Positions 62,032 to 64,000 of a stretch of 64,000 bases of DNA are shown here, piece after piece. Every line of letters begins with the position of its first letter. Position 1 is the stretch's first letter. The translations under genes and the position numbers were made by a program. The notes under the pieces were generated by a model. The model was not told the DNA's origin. It searched no databases and saw nothing but the letters and a program-made list of their open reading frames with translations. The stretch is from Raillietiella orientalis (lineage: Eukaryota), in contig JAYWIR010000004.1 of the NCBI GenBank assembly GCA_036172245.1, positions 6,138,001 through 6,202,000 on the forward strand, written 5' to 3'.

Positions 62032-64000
62032 TTCCACCTCGAGCTCGTGCACGTGGGCACAGCTTTCATGCACCTTCAGAGTTGGCGTGCTTGGCCAGCC
62101 CTTCGGGCGGCAACAGACGCACATCGCCGTCTGCGCTTCTCGGCTGATGCTGGTTCCGTGCGCATGCTGCAATGGGGAGAAGAGCGGGATGCTTCTGCTG
62201 AGATACGCTCGGAAATGACATTCGCAAGCTGTTCATTGTCGACATGGCCTTGCTGAAGATGAACGTATCCGGATGCACCTCCTTCCAAGCTCCTTATAGA
62301 TGTAGATTCGCTGCACCTTTCTCCTCTGCTTCTTCTCTTTGCCTCCCTTCGTGATGTCCTTCTGCATCCTGCTTGCCTTCTTCACTGCTTTCCCACTACC
62401 AAACTCCGGAGCCATCGCGGATCTACACAGCAACACCCCTCACTACACCCTTTAAACAATCCGGCGCGAATCCGTTGCCAAGCAACTCTTCCAGAAAGTT
62501 ACGTTCGACTCGTCTCGTCTCCCTTCCTTTTTGCGTTCCCTCCCCCCTCCCCCCTCTCCTCGTGGGACTGCCGGCGACAGAACTTCCTGGCAGCGGGGAC
62601 GAGGGGAGCTCTCCCCTAGTAGGGAGACGGGCAGCGTATCATGCGGTTCCTTTTGCTGGGAGGGTAAGAGAAGCATTTTTCGGCTTCACGTCCCCCACGG
62701 CTGCCTACGACTCCCCCAATCGACTGATACCCCACTCGCAGACAGTCCTGGCTAGGATCTGCCTGCCGGAACTCGGACCTTCCTTCTGCTCCTCCTTTCC
62801 GCCGGTGAAGGGAGGGGGTAATTGAGCTCGCGAAAGACTGTAGCCTTTCCGAAGCTCCGGAGCGGATTCCCATGGCCATTGGCACGGAACGAGGAGCTCT
62901 GCAGAGTTCCTTCGGGAAAGTTCGTCCAGGGAGAGGTCTTCGATCTCACGGATCGGTGGGAATATCCCTTGTGGCGGTCTTTAGAAACAAGCTCAGAAGA
63001 AGAGGGTGGACGTGCACGCAGGAGAGAGGGAAGGAAGGGCCACTCTCGGGGAGACGAGGGGCGAAGGTTGCATAGGGGCCGTTGCTCTCTTGCGTGTCTT
63101 GGACTGCCCGCCGTGTAAGAACCCTTTTAGAACCCGAACGGAGCGAGCGACTTCGAGCAACTGTTGGCAGATGGCACTGGGCATCGCCGAGCTCATGCAC
63201 CACAATGGAGCGCCCATATGGACGCGAGCGGCGCACGAGAGGGCAGCCCCAGCTCCACATGCCAAATTCTCTACCTCATGAGTCGTCGATCTCGCCATGT
63301 TCTACATGGTCACACGGCACCCCTGAAACTGGCTTCTAGAGCGCCCACATGGGCTCCGGCGTGCGCTTGGCTCCAGTGCCCCCAGGCGTCACCTGCACCA
63401 TCCGCCGCCTGCCTAGAACGAGGGGAGCAGGAAGCGACAAAAAGTTCCTCAATGCTGCCAGACCAGCAGCCACCGACTGCGTCCGTTCCTCGGGAAGGTC
63501 CTCATCGGGACCACTGATCCCGAGGCAGACCAGCAACGAGGGTCTTCTGGGCAGAGGGTGCTGCTCCGGGTCGACAAGCAGGCATCTCCTCGAAACCCCA
63601 CCTGCCCAACCTGCGCTCGATTCGAGCTCGATCCTGGAAAGCGCGGGTGGGTGCCATGCTTCCACGCTCTCCGTCAGCCGGCGCGCCACTCGTATCCCGC
63701 CCATCTCGGGCGGACTGCAGCTTCCTCCAGAGAGCCTCCCTTTCCAAGGCTGCTGCCCGACCCCAGGATTTTCCAGGCCATGATCCTTTTTTCCCAATCC
63801 GCCAGATCTGCCCACGTGAAGGTCCTCCCTTGCCATCAGGGGAAAACTCCTGTCCGTGGAAGGCAGAGTGCTGTCGACAGCGGAAGTGTCTACGCGGAGT
63901 GGCCTCCTAGGAAAGCGCTTCCTCGGCTACGGAACCGAACACGCGGAGGTCAGACATCAACACGAAGCCCCGCAGGGAAAGCCGAGGTCGAAGGAGCCGA

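Noticed and set aside
1..64000. CRISPR array or prokaryotic operon/defence system
   Set aside because: No regularly spaced repeat-spacer array or operon-like gene packing; the recognisable genes are spliced or are retroelement-derived.

Overview
Eukaryotic DNA, probably from an arthropod (inferred from GT-AG introns of about 50-130 nt and an arthropod-type Mbs/MYPT peptide). No prokaryotic genes or CRISPR arrays were seen. Bases 907-4722 hold eight exons of a TMTC1-like protein O-mannosyltransferase gene. The rest is a graveyard of nested retroelements: three L1/Tx1-like LINE families, fragments of an RLE-type (NeSL/Utopia-like) retrotransposon, decayed 28S rDNA pieces, a probable endogenised bunya-like RdRp, an intronless MYPT1/Mbs fragment and two decayed multi-exon genes. 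The most striking feature is at 20494-28616. Two diverged copies of one LINE family (A) sit head-to-tail and are separated and flanked by three copies of the same 15-16 bp target duplication. That target is the conserved NYRP(I/V)SL codon block of another LINE's reverse transcriptase, which suggests a site-specific LINE that parasitises the RT gene of other LINEs. All homology calls come from hand translation and remembered motifs, not from database searches. Boundaries of decayed elements are approximate unless a TSD is given.
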